Source: an uncultured SAR86 cluster bacterium (GTDB taxonomy: Bacteria > Pseudomonadota > Gammaproteobacteria > Magnimaribacterales > Magnimaribacteraceae). Taken from it: DNA of 64,000 nt. The DNA is taken from the NCBI GenBank assembly GCA_902610065.1, contig CACLUH010000002.1, positions 32,649 through 96,648 on the forward strand, written 5' to 3'. This document shows, piece after piece, positions 1-9,945 of this stretch. The stretch's first letter is position 1, and each line of letters begins with the position of its first letter. The position numbers were made by a program, and so were the translations under genes. Under the pieces are notes generated by a model. The model saw only the letters and a list, made by a program, of their open reading frames with translations, had not been told where the DNA came from and searched no databases.

Positions 1-244
1 ACAAAAGGAGCTCGCAGAAGTGTGCAGTAAAAGCGAAGAAGGGGAAGCTAGATTTAAAGGCCAACTTTGGAAAGAGAATGATAGCTTTATTTATGCGAAA
101 CAGTCTTTATCGAATATCTTTTGTGAGTGTTCTAACCTTGTCGAACATTCAAGCCATACAATATTTATAGGAAATGTAACCAGTGTTATAAATAGTGATG
201 AAGATTGTCCTTTGATATATGGTTCTGGGAAATACTTAAATTAA
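1..244 (+). CDS. Flavin reductase-like family protein (5' truncated by window edge)
   Basis: Frame is open from the window start; C-terminal 'SHTIFIGNV...PLIYGSGKY' matches the flavin reductase domain ending. Confidence 0.75.
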   Translation, partial: QKELAEVCSKSEEGEARFKGQLWKENDSFIYAKQSLSNIFCECSNLVEHSSHTIFIGNVTSVINSDEDCPLIYGSGKYLN

Positions 245-248
245 TTAT

Positions 249-638
249 ATGAAATTACTTGCTACTATCTTTTTATTGTTCCCTTTAATTATTTATTCCG
301 AAAGTAAGGTTTATTTCATCAACCTTGAAGATGGAGACGAGTTACAATCTCCATTTCTCGTTCAATTCGGCCTCTCAGGAAAAGGTATAGCACCAGCTGG
401 TGTTGATATAGATAATACGGGTCATCATCATTTATTAATAAATGTAGATTCAATAGATTACTATTTACCCATACCTTCATCTAGTCAGCATATTCATTTT
501 GGTTTAGGTCAAACAGAAACCGAACTCAATTTGCCTCCAGGTAAGCACCAACTTCAATTAATTTTAGGCGATAAATATCACGTTCCCCATCAGCCGCCAC
601 TTGTCTCCAATAAAATTCAAGTAACAGTAACTGAATAA
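249..638 (+). CDS. DUF4399 domain secreted protein
   Basis: Signal peptide; 'GHHHLLIN', 'HIHFGLGQTET', 'LPPGKHQLQLILGD..H.PH' motifs. Confidence 0.8.
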   Translation: MKLLATIFLLFPLIIYSESKVYFINLEDGDELQSPFLVQFGLSGKGIAPAGVDIDNTGHHHLLINVDSIDYYLPIPSSSQHIHFGLGQTETELNLPPGKHQLQLILGDKYHVPHQPPLVSNKIQVTVTE

Positions 639-2915
639 ATGAAAAGCTACCTTTTACCAGGTCTTTTTCTGGGTTTAGTTTTTTCCTTAACCTTGAAAGC
701 TGAGATTAGCATCGATGGTGTGCTAGATGAGAAAGAATGGCAAACTGCAAAAAAGATAACTACTTTTTACGAAGTTTATCCTTATTCTTTAAGAGAGGTC
801 GAAGATATAAAAACTGAAGTCTTAATATATGAGGACAAAAAGGGAATCTATTTTGGGTTCAGTAATTATCAACCTAATAATACCATGCGTATCAAAAACC
901 ATCTTCGTGATGAAGAGAGATCTATATCTGACAAGAATGGCGTAGCTATTGATTTCGATGGTGATGGAATAAATGCTTACCAGTTTTTCACTTCTTCAAG
1001 TGGCTCTATCGGTGACTCCACTGTAAAAGATGAAAAAGAGAGAAATTGGGATTGGGACTCTGACTGGAGTGCAGAAACTAGTTTTCAAGAAGACATATGG
1101 TTCTCAGAAATATTCATTCCTTGGTCGGTAGCTACTATGAAGACGGTAGAAGGTGACAAAAGAAAAATAGGCCTTGCTTTTTATAGGATGGCTATGGGTC
1201 TAGGTAGAGGTTTTTCAACGATAAAAGGAAGCCCTTATCAAAATGTTTTCCTTTCTGTATTTGATGAACTATTGGTAGATAATTTTGATTCCTCTGAAAT
1301 TGACATTTTTCCATACATTACAATAAATGAAGATATTGCAAATTCTGAGATTATTTCGAAGGGAGGTGCTGAGATATTCTGGAAGATTGATTCAAGTAAA
1401 GAGTTGAACATAACCTTAAATCCTGACTTCGGGCAAATAGAAAGTGACGAAGTTGTAGTAAATTTTTCCTCTGTTGAAACCTTTTATTCCGACAAAAGGC
1501 CATTTTTTTCTGAAAATCAATCATTATTTGATGTTAAAGACTCATTATTTAGAATCATAAATACCCGAAGAATCGGAGGTAGACCCGATTATGATTGTTC
1601 TAGATTTGATGAAGAAACTTTTTGTAATGAAAACAAGATTGGGTCAAATGATATTGATTACGCAATTAGGTATAGCCAAAAGGGTTCAGTAGATTTTGGT
1701 TTCCTTGGAGCTTCAGAGAGAGATGAAAAATTCAGTAATGGAAGAGATTTTTATGCGTTAAGGCTTAATACAAGCGCTGATGGACTTACCTATGGATATT
1801 TAGGAACATACGTAAATAAACCCTTTTATGATAGCAATGCTCAAGTTAATTCATTTGACTTTGAGTACAGACCTTCTAAAGAGTATGGGTATACAGGAAA
1901 TATTATTCATTCAGATATCGAATCTGGAGAGGGTTATGGCTTGAGGGCAGGTTATAGATTTGATCCTAATCAGGATTTCCATTTGGGTGGGTCATTCTTA
2001 TATCTAGATAATAAAATAGATCTTAATGATATGGGCTACCTGGCTTTAAATAATAGAGCTATGTTCAATGGTAGAACTCAATTCAAAACAACAAACTTTT
2101 CCAAAGAGTCTATCTTCAGATTTAGAATGTTTGAGTGGGGATATGGATTCAAGGCTGATTCCAATTTTAGAAAGCAAGCTGGCAATACAGCATTTAAAAT
2201 AGAAAGTTCTTTTATTGATACATCGGATATGGTGTCAGAAATCTTTTATAGAACAAGTGGCAGAGATTTTAGAATCACAAGAAAGTCACCTCTTGCTCCT
2301 TATATAAATATGCCTGAGGGGTATGGTGGATATGTTGAGTACAATGGTCCCAGAAATCCTATTTTCTTTTATAGCGCGAGAATACAAAGAGAAAAGGGTA
2401 GCGAACATTCTCCTCAGCTTGGTTGGAAAAATTCTTATAGAGGTATGATTAAATATATGCCTACCGAGTTCCTATCTTTTTCACTATTCCATCAAGAAGA
2501 AAAAGAAGATTTATGGCTGAATTGGATACAAGATAATTTGCTTGCAACCTTTGAAAGGCAACAAAGGACGAGCATTATTGGTATGCAGTGGTTTTCTGGT
2601 TCTAAGCATGAATTAAGGATAAAGACTCAACTGGTAGCGTTTACTGGTAGAAATCCACAATCCTATTATGGCGATGTTCATGGCAATCTCACACCTGCAA
2701 ATCTTCCAATACCCAATATAACAATTAGTGAATTGGCATTTCAAATTAGATATAGATATGAGTTTATGCCTTTAGCATACTTGTATCTGGTTTATTCTAA
2801 AGGCGGCAGAATTACTGCCGATGATGATGAAGATAATATGACAGAACTATACAGAAGGCCTTGGAAAGATCCTACCGATGAGAATCTCACTATAAAACTT
2901 AGATATAGATTTTAA
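639..2915 (+). CDS. DUF5916 / CBM9-like domain outer-membrane protein (paralog 1)
   Basis: Signal peptide, 'IDGVLDEKEW' CBM9-like start, 'NPDFGQIESD', 'EKRPFF'-like 'DKRPFF', 'NTRRIG', C-terminal beta-signal 'LRYRF'. Confidence 0.75.
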   Translation: MKSYLLPGLFLGLVFSLTLKAEISIDGVLDEKEWQTAKKITTFYEVYPYSLREVEDIKTEVLIYEDKKGIYFGFSNYQPNNTMRIKNHLRDEERSISDKNGVAIDFDGDGINAYQFFTSSSGSIGDSTVKDEKERNWDWDSDWSAETSFQEDIWFSEIFIPWSVATMKTVEGDKRKIGLAFYRMAMGLGRGFSTIKGSPYQNVFLSVFDELLVDNFDSSEIDIFPYITINEDIANSEIISKGGAEIFWKIDSSKELNITLNPDFGQIESDEVVVNFSSVETFYSDKRPFFSENQSLFDVKDSLFRIINTRRIGGRPDYDCSRFDEETFCNENKIGSNDIDYAIRYSQKGSVDFGFLGASERDEKFSNGRDFYALRLNTSADGLTYGYLGTYVNKPFYDSNAQVNSFDFEYRPSKEYGYTGNIIHSDIESGEGYGLRAGYRFDPNQDFHLGGSFLYLDNKIDLNDMGYLALNNRAMFNGRTQFKTTNFSKESIFRFRMFEWGYGFKADSNFRKQAGNTAFKIESSFIDTSDMVSEIFYRTSGRDFRITRKSPLAPYINMPEGYGGYVEYNGPRNPIFFYSARIQREKGSEHSPQLGWKNSYRGMIKYMPTEFLSFSLFHQEEKEDLWLNWIQDNLLATFERQQRTSIIGMQWFSGSKHELRIKTQLVAFTGRNPQSYYGDVHGNLTPANLPIPNITISELAFQIRYRYEFMPLAYLYLVYSKGGRITADDDEDNMTELYRRPWKDPTDENLTIKLRYRF

Positions 2916-2960
2916 CGCCCTTAAATAATAGAATGATGCATTCTAAATAGGGGAGTTAAC

Positions 2961-5267
2961 TTGCAGGAAAAGCTGCTCAGAGTCTTTTTTTTATATTCAT
3001 TCTTTCTATCTCCACATATTCTGACTGTCGAAATTGACGTCGATGGAGTTCTTGATGAAAAAGAATGGTCACAAGCAAAAGAGATAACAAAATATTACGA
3101 AAGCCTTCCCTTTACTTTAAATGACGCTTCAGGGTCTCAAAAAGTTCTTGTTCTAGAAGATGAAGATGGAATCTATTTTGGTTTTATAAACTTTCAGGAT
3201 GAGGAAACAATTAGGGTACAAAAACACCAAAGAGATGACGAAATGGCTAATGCTGATATGGTTGGTGTCTCTATTGATTTTGATGGTGATGGGCTTTTAT
3301 CCTATGGATTTTCCATCTCAGCAGGAGGTTCCATTCTTGATAATGTAGTCAGAAATGAAAATGAAGTGAACTATGATTGGGACTCCGACTGGGGTCACGG
3401 GGTAAGCATAGGTAAGGATGTCTGGTATGCAGAAATGTTCATACCTTGGAGTGTAGCGCCCATGAAAGCTCAAAAAGGAGATAAGAGGAGAGTAAGATTG
3501 TCCTTTTATAGATGGATAGTGAGTAAGTACAAGGTACACAGTACAATTAAGGGCAATGCTATGACTGAAAAATTCATGTCCATTTTTAATGAATATGAAT
3601 TTAATAACTACGATGTTTCAAAAATAGATTATTTCCCTTATGTTAATTTATCAGAAGATCGTATTCTAGAAGAAGATAGAACAAAAGTTGGAGCAGAGAT
3701 ATTTTGGAAGATCGATGCGGGAAAACAACTAAATGTTGCAATAAACCCAGATTTTGGGCAAGTAGAAAGTGACGAACTTGTGGTAAATTTTAATTCCAGC
3801 GAGACTTTTTATTCTGATAAAAGGCCTTTTTTTTCTGAAAATCATTCTTTGTTTGACGTAAAAGGTTTCAGATTCTTTTATGTAATCAATACCAGACGTA
3901 TTGGCGCTGCGCCTGACTATAAATGTTCTTCTTTTGCAAGTTCTTTGAGAGATTTATGTGAAACATCAAAGGTGGGAATATCTGATATAGATTATGCCAT
4001 TCGTTACACTCAACAAAATGAGACATTTGATTTCGGTTTCTTGGGTGCTTCAGAATCTGACGAAGAATTCAGTCAAGGAAGAGATTTTTATTCTTTAAGA
4101 TTAAGAAAATCTGAAAAAAGACTGTCTCTGGGCTTTTTGGGAACATATACCAAAAGACCAGTTCTAAATAGAGAAGCTAATGTTAACTCTATAGATGTAA
4201 TTTACAGGCCAAAAGATACATTGAGATTCGATGCAATTTTCATAAATTCACAAGTGGAGGACCCTCTTATAGACAAAGATTCTGGAAATGCTTTTCGTTT
4301 TAGAATGACATCTTCTCCAAATAAACAGAGATATCATGATATCGGTGTTTTTTATTTTGATGAAAACCTAGACATTACAGATATGGGATATCAAATGGAA
4401 AATAACTGGTTGTTTGTGGGGTCACAAAATGGTTTGAAGTTTACAGATTATGATAACTCATCAATTTTCCAATCTAATCAACTTGAATTAGGAATTGGGC
4501 ATGAGGCTAACGGCGATCTTGATAAAGCAGCTGACTTTTCCTATCTTACTTATAAAAGTTATTTCAAAAATACTTCCTATTTGGAGTTAACAAATTTTTA
4601 TAGAACTTCGAGCAAGGATTATTGGATAACAAGAAAAGATCCAACCGCACCTTTTATTAAAAAACCACAAAATTATGGAGCAAATATCCAATTTTCTGGC
4701 CCATCGAGAAGTTTTTTTAATTATTTTATAGAATTAAAAAGAGAAAAAGGAAGCCAATGGAGGTCTGCTATTAGCTTCGCTAATTCATATGCTACAAAAC
4801 TTAGTTTTGCACCCAGAGATAATCTCAACTTCTCAATTTATTATCAGCATTTAGAAGAAGAGGAATGGTTAAACTGGATTCAAGATAATCTATTAGGTAT
4901 CTATTCCAGAAAACAGAGAACAACAGTTGCAGATATGAATTGGTTCGGAGGTGATAGGCATGAGTTAAGAGTAAAGGCACAAATGGTTGCTTTTACTGCA
5001 AGAGATCCAAAACCTTATCTTGGAGATTCTAATGGTAATCTTAATCCTGTTAATTTTTCATTAGATCCTTTCACGCTTAGTGACCTAGCTTTTCAGATAA
5101 GATACAGATATGAGATACTTCCATTAGCTTATTTATATGTAGTTTATTCTAAAGGAGGGCGCATCATTCAAACTGATTTAGAAGATGATCTAGAGGAAAT
5201 TTACAAGAGGCCTTGGAACGAACCTCAGTCAGATACCTTTACTGTAAAGGTTAGATATCGTTTTTAA
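2961..5267 (+). CDS. DUF5916 / CBM9-like domain outer-membrane protein (paralog 2)
   Basis: Same motifs as the upstream gene (DGVLDEKEW, NPDFGQVESD, DKRPFFSEN, NTRRIG, VRYRF); TTG start after GGGGAG. Confidence 0.75.
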   Translation: MQEKLLRVFFLYSFFLSPHILTVEIDVDGVLDEKEWSQAKEITKYYESLPFTLNDASGSQKVLVLEDEDGIYFGFINFQDEETIRVQKHQRDDEMANADMVGVSIDFDGDGLLSYGFSISAGGSILDNVVRNENEVNYDWDSDWGHGVSIGKDVWYAEMFIPWSVAPMKAQKGDKRRVRLSFYRWIVSKYKVHSTIKGNAMTEKFMSIFNEYEFNNYDVSKIDYFPYVNLSEDRILEEDRTKVGAEIFWKIDAGKQLNVAINPDFGQVESDELVVNFNSSETFYSDKRPFFSENHSLFDVKGFRFFYVINTRRIGAAPDYKCSSFASSLRDLCETSKVGISDIDYAIRYTQQNETFDFGFLGASESDEEFSQGRDFYSLRLRKSEKRLSLGFLGTYTKRPVLNREANVNSIDVIYRPKDTLRFDAIFINSQVEDPLIDKDSGNAFRFRMTSSPNKQRYHDIGVFYFDENLDITDMGYQMENNWLFVGSQNGLKFTDYDNSSIFQSNQLELGIGHEANGDLDKAADFSYLTYKSYFKNTSYLELTNFYRTSSKDYWITRKDPTAPFIKKPQNYGANIQFSGPSRSFFNYFIELKREKGSQWRSAISFANSYATKLSFAPRDNLNFSIYYQHLEEEEWLNWIQDNLLGIYSRKQRTTVADMNWFGGDRHELRVKAQMVAFTARDPKPYLGDSNGNLNPVNFSLDPFTLSDLAFQIRYRYEILPLAYLYVVYSKGGRIIQTDLEDDLEEIYKRPWNEPQSDTFTVKVRYRF

Positions 5268-5460
5268 TCACACAATCCTCAGAACAAAACCAATATTCAC
5301 CTTTCCTGATTGATTCCGAAGATGGAGTATTTAGATCACATACGCAACATTTAACAATTTCTATTTTGTTTGTTGTTGATTCAATTCTCTTATTACCCGT
5401 CAGTCTTGATGTTATGTAAACCAATAGGATTACCGCAATTAGGATAATCAATTGCCACAT
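5251..5460 (-). CDS. Small membrane-anchored Cys-motif protein (PP0621-like)
   Basis: N-terminal TM helix, then CxxC ... FCSxxC; directly downstream of bamD. Confidence 0.65.
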   Translation of the reverse strand: MWQLIILIAVILLVYITSRLTGNKRIESTTNKIEIVKCCVCDLNTPSSESIRKGEYWFCSEDCVIKNDI

Positions 5461-5462
5461 TT

Positions 5463-6338
5463 TTAAGGAGTCTCGGCATTAGGTCTTTTTATATCTTCTT
5501 TGCCAATTAAGCCTAAAGTAAGAATATTAGCCCATGATCTTTCCTTTACTGACTCATTCCCTTGAAAATCAAAGTTTGGATAATTAGCGTTGAGTATTTC
5601 TAAACTTGTTTTTCTTAACTCTTCATACTCAAGTATTTCATAGGCCTCAACTAGGATTGAAAGTGCAAAAGGAGTCTGGGGGGTATTAGGTAAATTTTCT
5701 ATTACATATTTTGCTCTACCTATTGCAGCTAGATAGGCACCTCTTTTCATATAAAAGTCAGCAACATATATTTCGTGCTCAGCTAAAAGATTTCTTAAAT
5801 AAATCATTCTTTGTTTTGCATGAGGTACATATTTACTTTCTGGGTATCTTGAAATAAATTCTGATAATTCTCCAAAGGAGGTTTGAGCCATCACGACCTC
5901 TCTTTTTGCTAAGTCAGATTGAAAATATCTTGAGAATAAGCCTGAATCATCTGTGAAGGCTGCAAGGCCTTTCATATAAAAGGCATAACCAGTATGGGAA
6001 TGCCTTGGATGAAGATTTATAAATCTTTCAGAAGCTGATTGACTGGCTTCAAATTGTGAGTTCATATAATAAGCGTAAATGAGTTCTGCTTGCGCTTGCT
6101 CTGCATATCTACCAAAAGGGAATCTCGATTCTAGGGCTTCTAAGCTTAAGATGGCAGTTGAAAAGCTTCCATTTTTTAATCGAGTTTGGGCTTGATCATA
6201 AAGTTCTTTTTCTACTAAACGCTCATCAGGCATTTCCTCATTTGATGAACAAGAAGAAACTAAAAGCAAAAGCATAAAAATCCCTGAAATACTGAGATTT
6301 CTCTTGCTAGAATTAATAAAATTGTGAAGGATTGTCAT
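5463..6338 (-). CDS. bamD: Outer membrane protein assembly factor BamD
   Basis: Lipobox (VSSC), 'FPFGRYAEQAQ', 'LAEHE..VA.FY' TPR motifs; divergent from rluD, a conserved arrangement. Confidence 0.95.
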   Translation of the reverse strand: MTILHNFINSSKRNLSISGIFMLLLLVSSCSSNEEMPDERLVEKELYDQAQTRLKNGSFSTAILSLEALESRFPFGRYAEQAQAELIYAYYMNSQFEASQSASERFINLHPRHSHTGYAFYMKGLAAFTDDSGLFSRYFQSDLAKREVVMAQTSFGELSEFISRYPESKYVPHAKQRMIYLRNLLAEHEIYVADFYMKRGAYLAAIGRAKYVIENLPNTPQTPFALSILVEAYEILEYEELRKTSLEILNANYPNFDFQGNESVKERSWANILTLGLIGKEDIKRPNAETP

Positions 6339-6410
6339 TTAACTTACGAATTCTACAGATCAGACTAGTTCTTGGACAGAAAAAGGTTTGATGGGTTCCA
6401 ATTTGGTTTA

Positions 6411-7367
6411 ATGGAAAATAAAAAAAAGATATCACTTAACTACATCGCTCTTCCTGCCGACCAAGGACAAAGAGTTGATCAAATAACCGCAAAACAATTT
6501 CCTGATTATTCAAGAGCACATATTCAGAGGTGGATCAAAGATGGCGCCTTACTTGTAAATAGTAAGGAAGTTAAATCCAAATATATTGTGCAAACAGATG
6601 ATGCTGTCTCAGTAAATTTTTTGGAAGAATCTCAATTAACCGATCTTCCTGAAGATATTGCTCTTGAGGTAATTTTTGAGGATACAGAAATACTTATAAT
6701 TAATAAGCCTGCAGGCTTGGTTGTTCATCCGGGCTCGGGAAATAGAACGGGCACCCTGGTGAATGCTTTATTATCTCATGATGAGAATCTCAGCTTCCTG
6801 CCCCGAGCGGGAATAGTGCATAGACTGGATAAAGACACATCTGGTTTGATGGTTATATCTAAAACAGAAAGCTCTTATCTAAATTTAGTGGCGCAACTCA
6901 AGGAAAGATCAGTAACTAGAACATATTTAGCAATGGTCGTAGGAGTACCGGTTATCAATAAAATGATAAATGAGCCTATTGGAAGACATCCAAAAATAAG
7001 GACAAAGCAAGCTGTTAATCAAAATGGAAAGGAAGCAATTACAAGATTTAGTATTTTCGAAAACCTAGATGGGTATTCTTTGTTAAAGGTAAATCTAGAA
7101 ACTGGACGCACTCATCAGATAAGAGTTCATTTATCTCATATAGGTTATCCAATAATTGGTGACCCTCTTTATGGCAGTAGAAATAAATTCTCTCGAGGAT
7201 CAAGTGAAGAGCTAAAAAAAATAATTTCTAACTTTAAAAGACAAGCTCTGCATGCTGAGGAACTTCAATTAAACCATCCTGCTAGTGGCGAGTTGTTATC
7301 GTTTAAAGCTTCTATGCCTTCAGATATGCAAACTCTGCTAAATCAAATAAAAGTAAATGGGTCCTGA
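6411..7367 (+). CDS. rluD: 23S rRNA pseudouridine synthase RluD
   Basis: S4 domain, 'NKPAGLVVHP', 'HRLDKDTSG', 'TGRTHQIRVH', 'RQALHA'; ATG at 6411 preferred over TTG at 6372. Confidence 0.95.
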   Translation: MENKKKISLNYIALPADQGQRVDQITAKQFPDYSRAHIQRWIKDGALLVNSKEVKSKYIVQTDDAVSVNFLEESQLTDLPEDIALEVIFEDTEILIINKPAGLVVHPGSGNRTGTLVNALLSHDENLSFLPRAGIVHRLDKDTSGLMVISKTESSYLNLVAQLKERSVTRTYLAMVVGVPVINKMINEPIGRHPKIRTKQAVNQNGKEAITRFSIFENLDGYSLLKVNLETGRTHQIRVHLSHIGYPIIGDPLYGSRNKFSRGSSEELKKIISNFKRQALHAEELQLNHPASGELLSFKASMPSDMQTLLNQIKVNGS

Positions 7368-8049
7368 CTTCTTAAAACCCAAGACACCCCTTGGAGAAAA
7401 AATTCAGTGCGTATCATTCACTGAAGATTATTTTTACAAAAATAATATAAGCTCAGAAAAATCTCAAATACTTAAGGTTTTTACTAAATTCGAAGATATC
7501 CCTATTCAATATATGAATCAGGTTCATGGAAACAACTTAGAAATAATATTCTCCCATTCATCATTACCTATAGATGAAACTGATTCACTATTTTCTTCAA
7601 CCAGTAATATTGCCTTGGGTGTTTTAACTGCAGACTGTCTACCTATCGCTTTATCAAAAAATGATGGTAGTGAGTTTGCTATGCTGCATGCAGGCTGGAA
7701 AGGTCTTTTATCAGGAGTAATTGAGTCTACATTGACATCATTCACCAAAGGCTGCTCTGATGTGTCTGCATGGATAGGGCCTTCAATATCTCAAAAAAAC
7801 TATGAAGTTGGCAATGATCTATATGAATCTTTTATAGATAAGGATGATGGATCAGAATCCAACTTTATAGAGAAAGGTTACGATAAATGGCTATTTAGCC
7901 TTCATGGGGAGGCTAAAAGAATTTTGGGCAAATACGATATCAATGTAGATGTTTCTTCGGAGTGCACATTCGAATCAGAATCATTATTCTCTTACCGAAG
8001 AGATCAAACTGAAAATAGAATACTTTCTATTATTTGGAGGAATGAATGA
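7357..8049 (+). CDS. pgeF: Peptidoglycan editing factor PgeF/YfiH (purine nucleoside phosphorylase LACC1-like)
   Basis: 'QVHG', 'TADCLP', 'HAGWKG', 'FSYRR'; follows rluD. Confidence 0.9.
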   Translation: MGPDFLKPKTPLGEKIQCVSFTEDYFYKNNISSEKSQILKVFTKFEDIPIQYMNQVHGNNLEIIFSHSSLPIDETDSLFSSTSNIALGVLTADCLPIALSKNDGSEFAMLHAGWKGLLSGVIESTLTSFTKGCSDVSAWIGPSISQKNYEVGNDLYESFIDKDDGSESNFIEKGYDKWLFSLHGEAKRILGKYDINVDVSSECTFESESLFSYRRDQTENRILSIIWRNE

Positions 8050-8915
8050 AAATTAGAGGTTTTATAGGATTAGGAATAATGGGATTTCCAATGGCTGGTT
8101 ACATATCAAAAGAGTATCCCACTCACGTTTTCAATCGTACTCTTGCAAAGGCAGAAAATTGGGTTAATACCTATAAAGGTGAGATTAGTAATAGCCCAGC
8201 GGAACTAGGTAATGTGTGTGAAGAGATTTATATGTGTATAGGAAATGATGATGATGTAAGAGAAGTTATATCGGGAGAAAATGGTATTTTGAGTTCAATA
8301 TCACCGGGAGGTATCATCGTTGATCACACTACCACATCTTCTATTCTTTCAAATGAGATGAGTGAAATGTGCTTGAAGAAAGGTGTTCATTACATAGATG
8401 CTCCTGTTTCGGGTGGCCAAGCGGGCGCGGAGAATGGTTCTCTTACGATTATGGCAGGCGGAGATAAAGATGCCTTTGATAAAGCTAATATCACTATGAA
8501 CTGTTATGCAAAATTTACAAAATTAATGGGTTCCTCCGGATCAGGACAACTTACTAAGATGGTAAATCAAATATGTATAGCTGGATTAGTTCAAGGACTT
8601 GCTGAAGGTATCAACTTTTCTGAAAAAGCTGGTTTAGTAACTGAAGAAGTAATAGAAGTTATATCAAAAGGAGCAGCACAATCATGGCAAATGGACAACC
8701 GCTGGGAAACTATGTCGCAAGATCATTATGATCATGGTTTCGCTGTTGATCATATGCGTAAAGATTTAAACATAGCGATCCAAGAAGCGAAAAAACAAGG
8801 TGCTAGACTTGAAATTACGAAACTCATAGATAAATTTTACGAAGATATCCAAAACATGGGTGGCAGCAGGTGGGATACTTCCAGCTTATTGAAAAGACTA
8901 CAAAATAATGACTAA
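8046..8915 (+). CDS. Beta-hydroxyacid dehydrogenase (2-hydroxy-3-oxopropionate reductase/3-hydroxyisobutyrate dehydrogenase family)
   Basis: 'FIGLGIMG', 'DAPVSGG', 'KMVNQ', 'GFAVDHMRKDL'. Confidence 0.88.
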   Translation: MKIRGFIGLGIMGFPMAGYISKEYPTHVFNRTLAKAENWVNTYKGEISNSPAELGNVCEEIYMCIGNDDDVREVISGENGILSSISPGGIIVDHTTTSSILSNEMSEMCLKKGVHYIDAPVSGGQAGAENGSLTIMAGGDKDAFDKANITMNCYAKFTKLMGSSGSGQLTKMVNQICIAGLVQGLAEGINFSEKAGLVTEEVIEVISKGAAQSWQMDNRWETMSQDHYDHGFAVDHMRKDLNIAIQEAKKQGARLEITKLIDKFYEDIQNMGGSRWDTSSLLKRLQNND

Positions 8916-9852
8916 CTTCCCAAATGCTAGCGATGAAGCAGTAAGAAGCTTATTGGATCAATCCAAAGATAATTTCTTTAATTTGGCTGAACAAATGAAA
9001 ATAGAGAATTTGAGTGAAGAATTTTTAGCTGAAATAGTCATTCCAATCTCTTTATATCTAGATCAGACATTTCCTAAAAGAAACCAACCATATTTTATTT
9101 GTTTTACGGGGGGACAAGGTTCTGGAAAGACTACACTTTCTTTTTTTATACAAAAAGTACTAAGTGAGATAGTTAAAAGACCTGCTATAGGATTTTCTAT
9201 TGACGATATTTATAAGTCCCAAGAAGAAAGAAGATCTCTCGCAAATGAAATCCATCCACTTTGTTATGTAAGAGGAGTACCAGGCACCCATGATATTAGA
9301 ATGGGTTTGGATCTAATTAAAGAATTATCCAATGCAAATCCTGATACAGAAACAAAGATCCCTGCCTTTTGTAAACCTAAAGATCGCCACTATCCTGCAG
9401 AAGAATGGCCTATCTACAAAGGAAAACCCGATTTTATTTTCTTTGATGCCTGGTGTGGTGGGGCTAAGCCATTGCCAGAAGAGGATTGGCTTCCACCCTT
9501 AAATCAGCTTGAAAAGGAAGAAGATCCAGATGGAATTTGGTCTAAATGGAGTAATCAGGAACTATCAAAGGACTATCAGACGATGTTTTCTTTATTCGAT
9601 TTACTTTTAATGATCAAAGTGCCTAATATGGATTTTGTTTATGAAAGTAGGTGGATACAAGAGCAGACTTTAGCTAAGACCGTTAAAGATAAAGATCTAA
9701 AAGATAAGATAATGACAAAAGAAGAGGTATATCGTTTTGTAATGCATTATGAGCGTTTAACGCACTATATTTTAGAAGAACTACCTAGATTTTCTGATAT
9801 TGTCTTAGCAAGAGATGGCAATTTTAAATTCACTATTTCAAAAACCCCTTAG
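8908..9852 (+). CDS. D-glycerate 3-kinase-like P-loop kinase (GLYK type)
   Basis: 'GGQGSGKTT', 'SIDDIY', 'RGVPGTHD', 'FVMHYERLT'. Confidence 0.8.
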   Translation: MTNFPNASDEAVRSLLDQSKDNFFNLAEQMKIENLSEEFLAEIVIPISLYLDQTFPKRNQPYFICFTGGQGSGKTTLSFFIQKVLSEIVKRPAIGFSIDDIYKSQEERRSLANEIHPLCYVRGVPGTHDIRMGLDLIKELSNANPDTETKIPAFCKPKDRHYPAEEWPIYKGKPDFIFFDAWCGGAKPLPEEDWLPPLNQLEKEEDPDGIWSKWSNQELSKDYQTMFSLFDLLLMIKVPNMDFVYESRWIQEQTLAKTVKDKDLKDKIMTKEEVYRFVMHYERLTHYILEELPRFSDIVLARDGNFKFTISKTP

Positions 9853-9874
9853 AAGCAGTTAATATAGGGTTTTC

Positions 9875-9926
9875 TTGACTTAGACATATCAAATGTCACA
9901 ATGCTCAACCTCCTTAGATTTGGAGG
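9875..9926 (+). promoter_or_regulatory. Putative sigma70 promoter and GC hairpin in the ilv leader
   Basis: TTGACT(9875)-16 nt-CACAAT with a TG extension; CCTCC/GGAGG hairpin at 9909-9926. Confidence 0.4.
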
Positions 9927-9945
9927 AACTTTAAACAAATATTAA

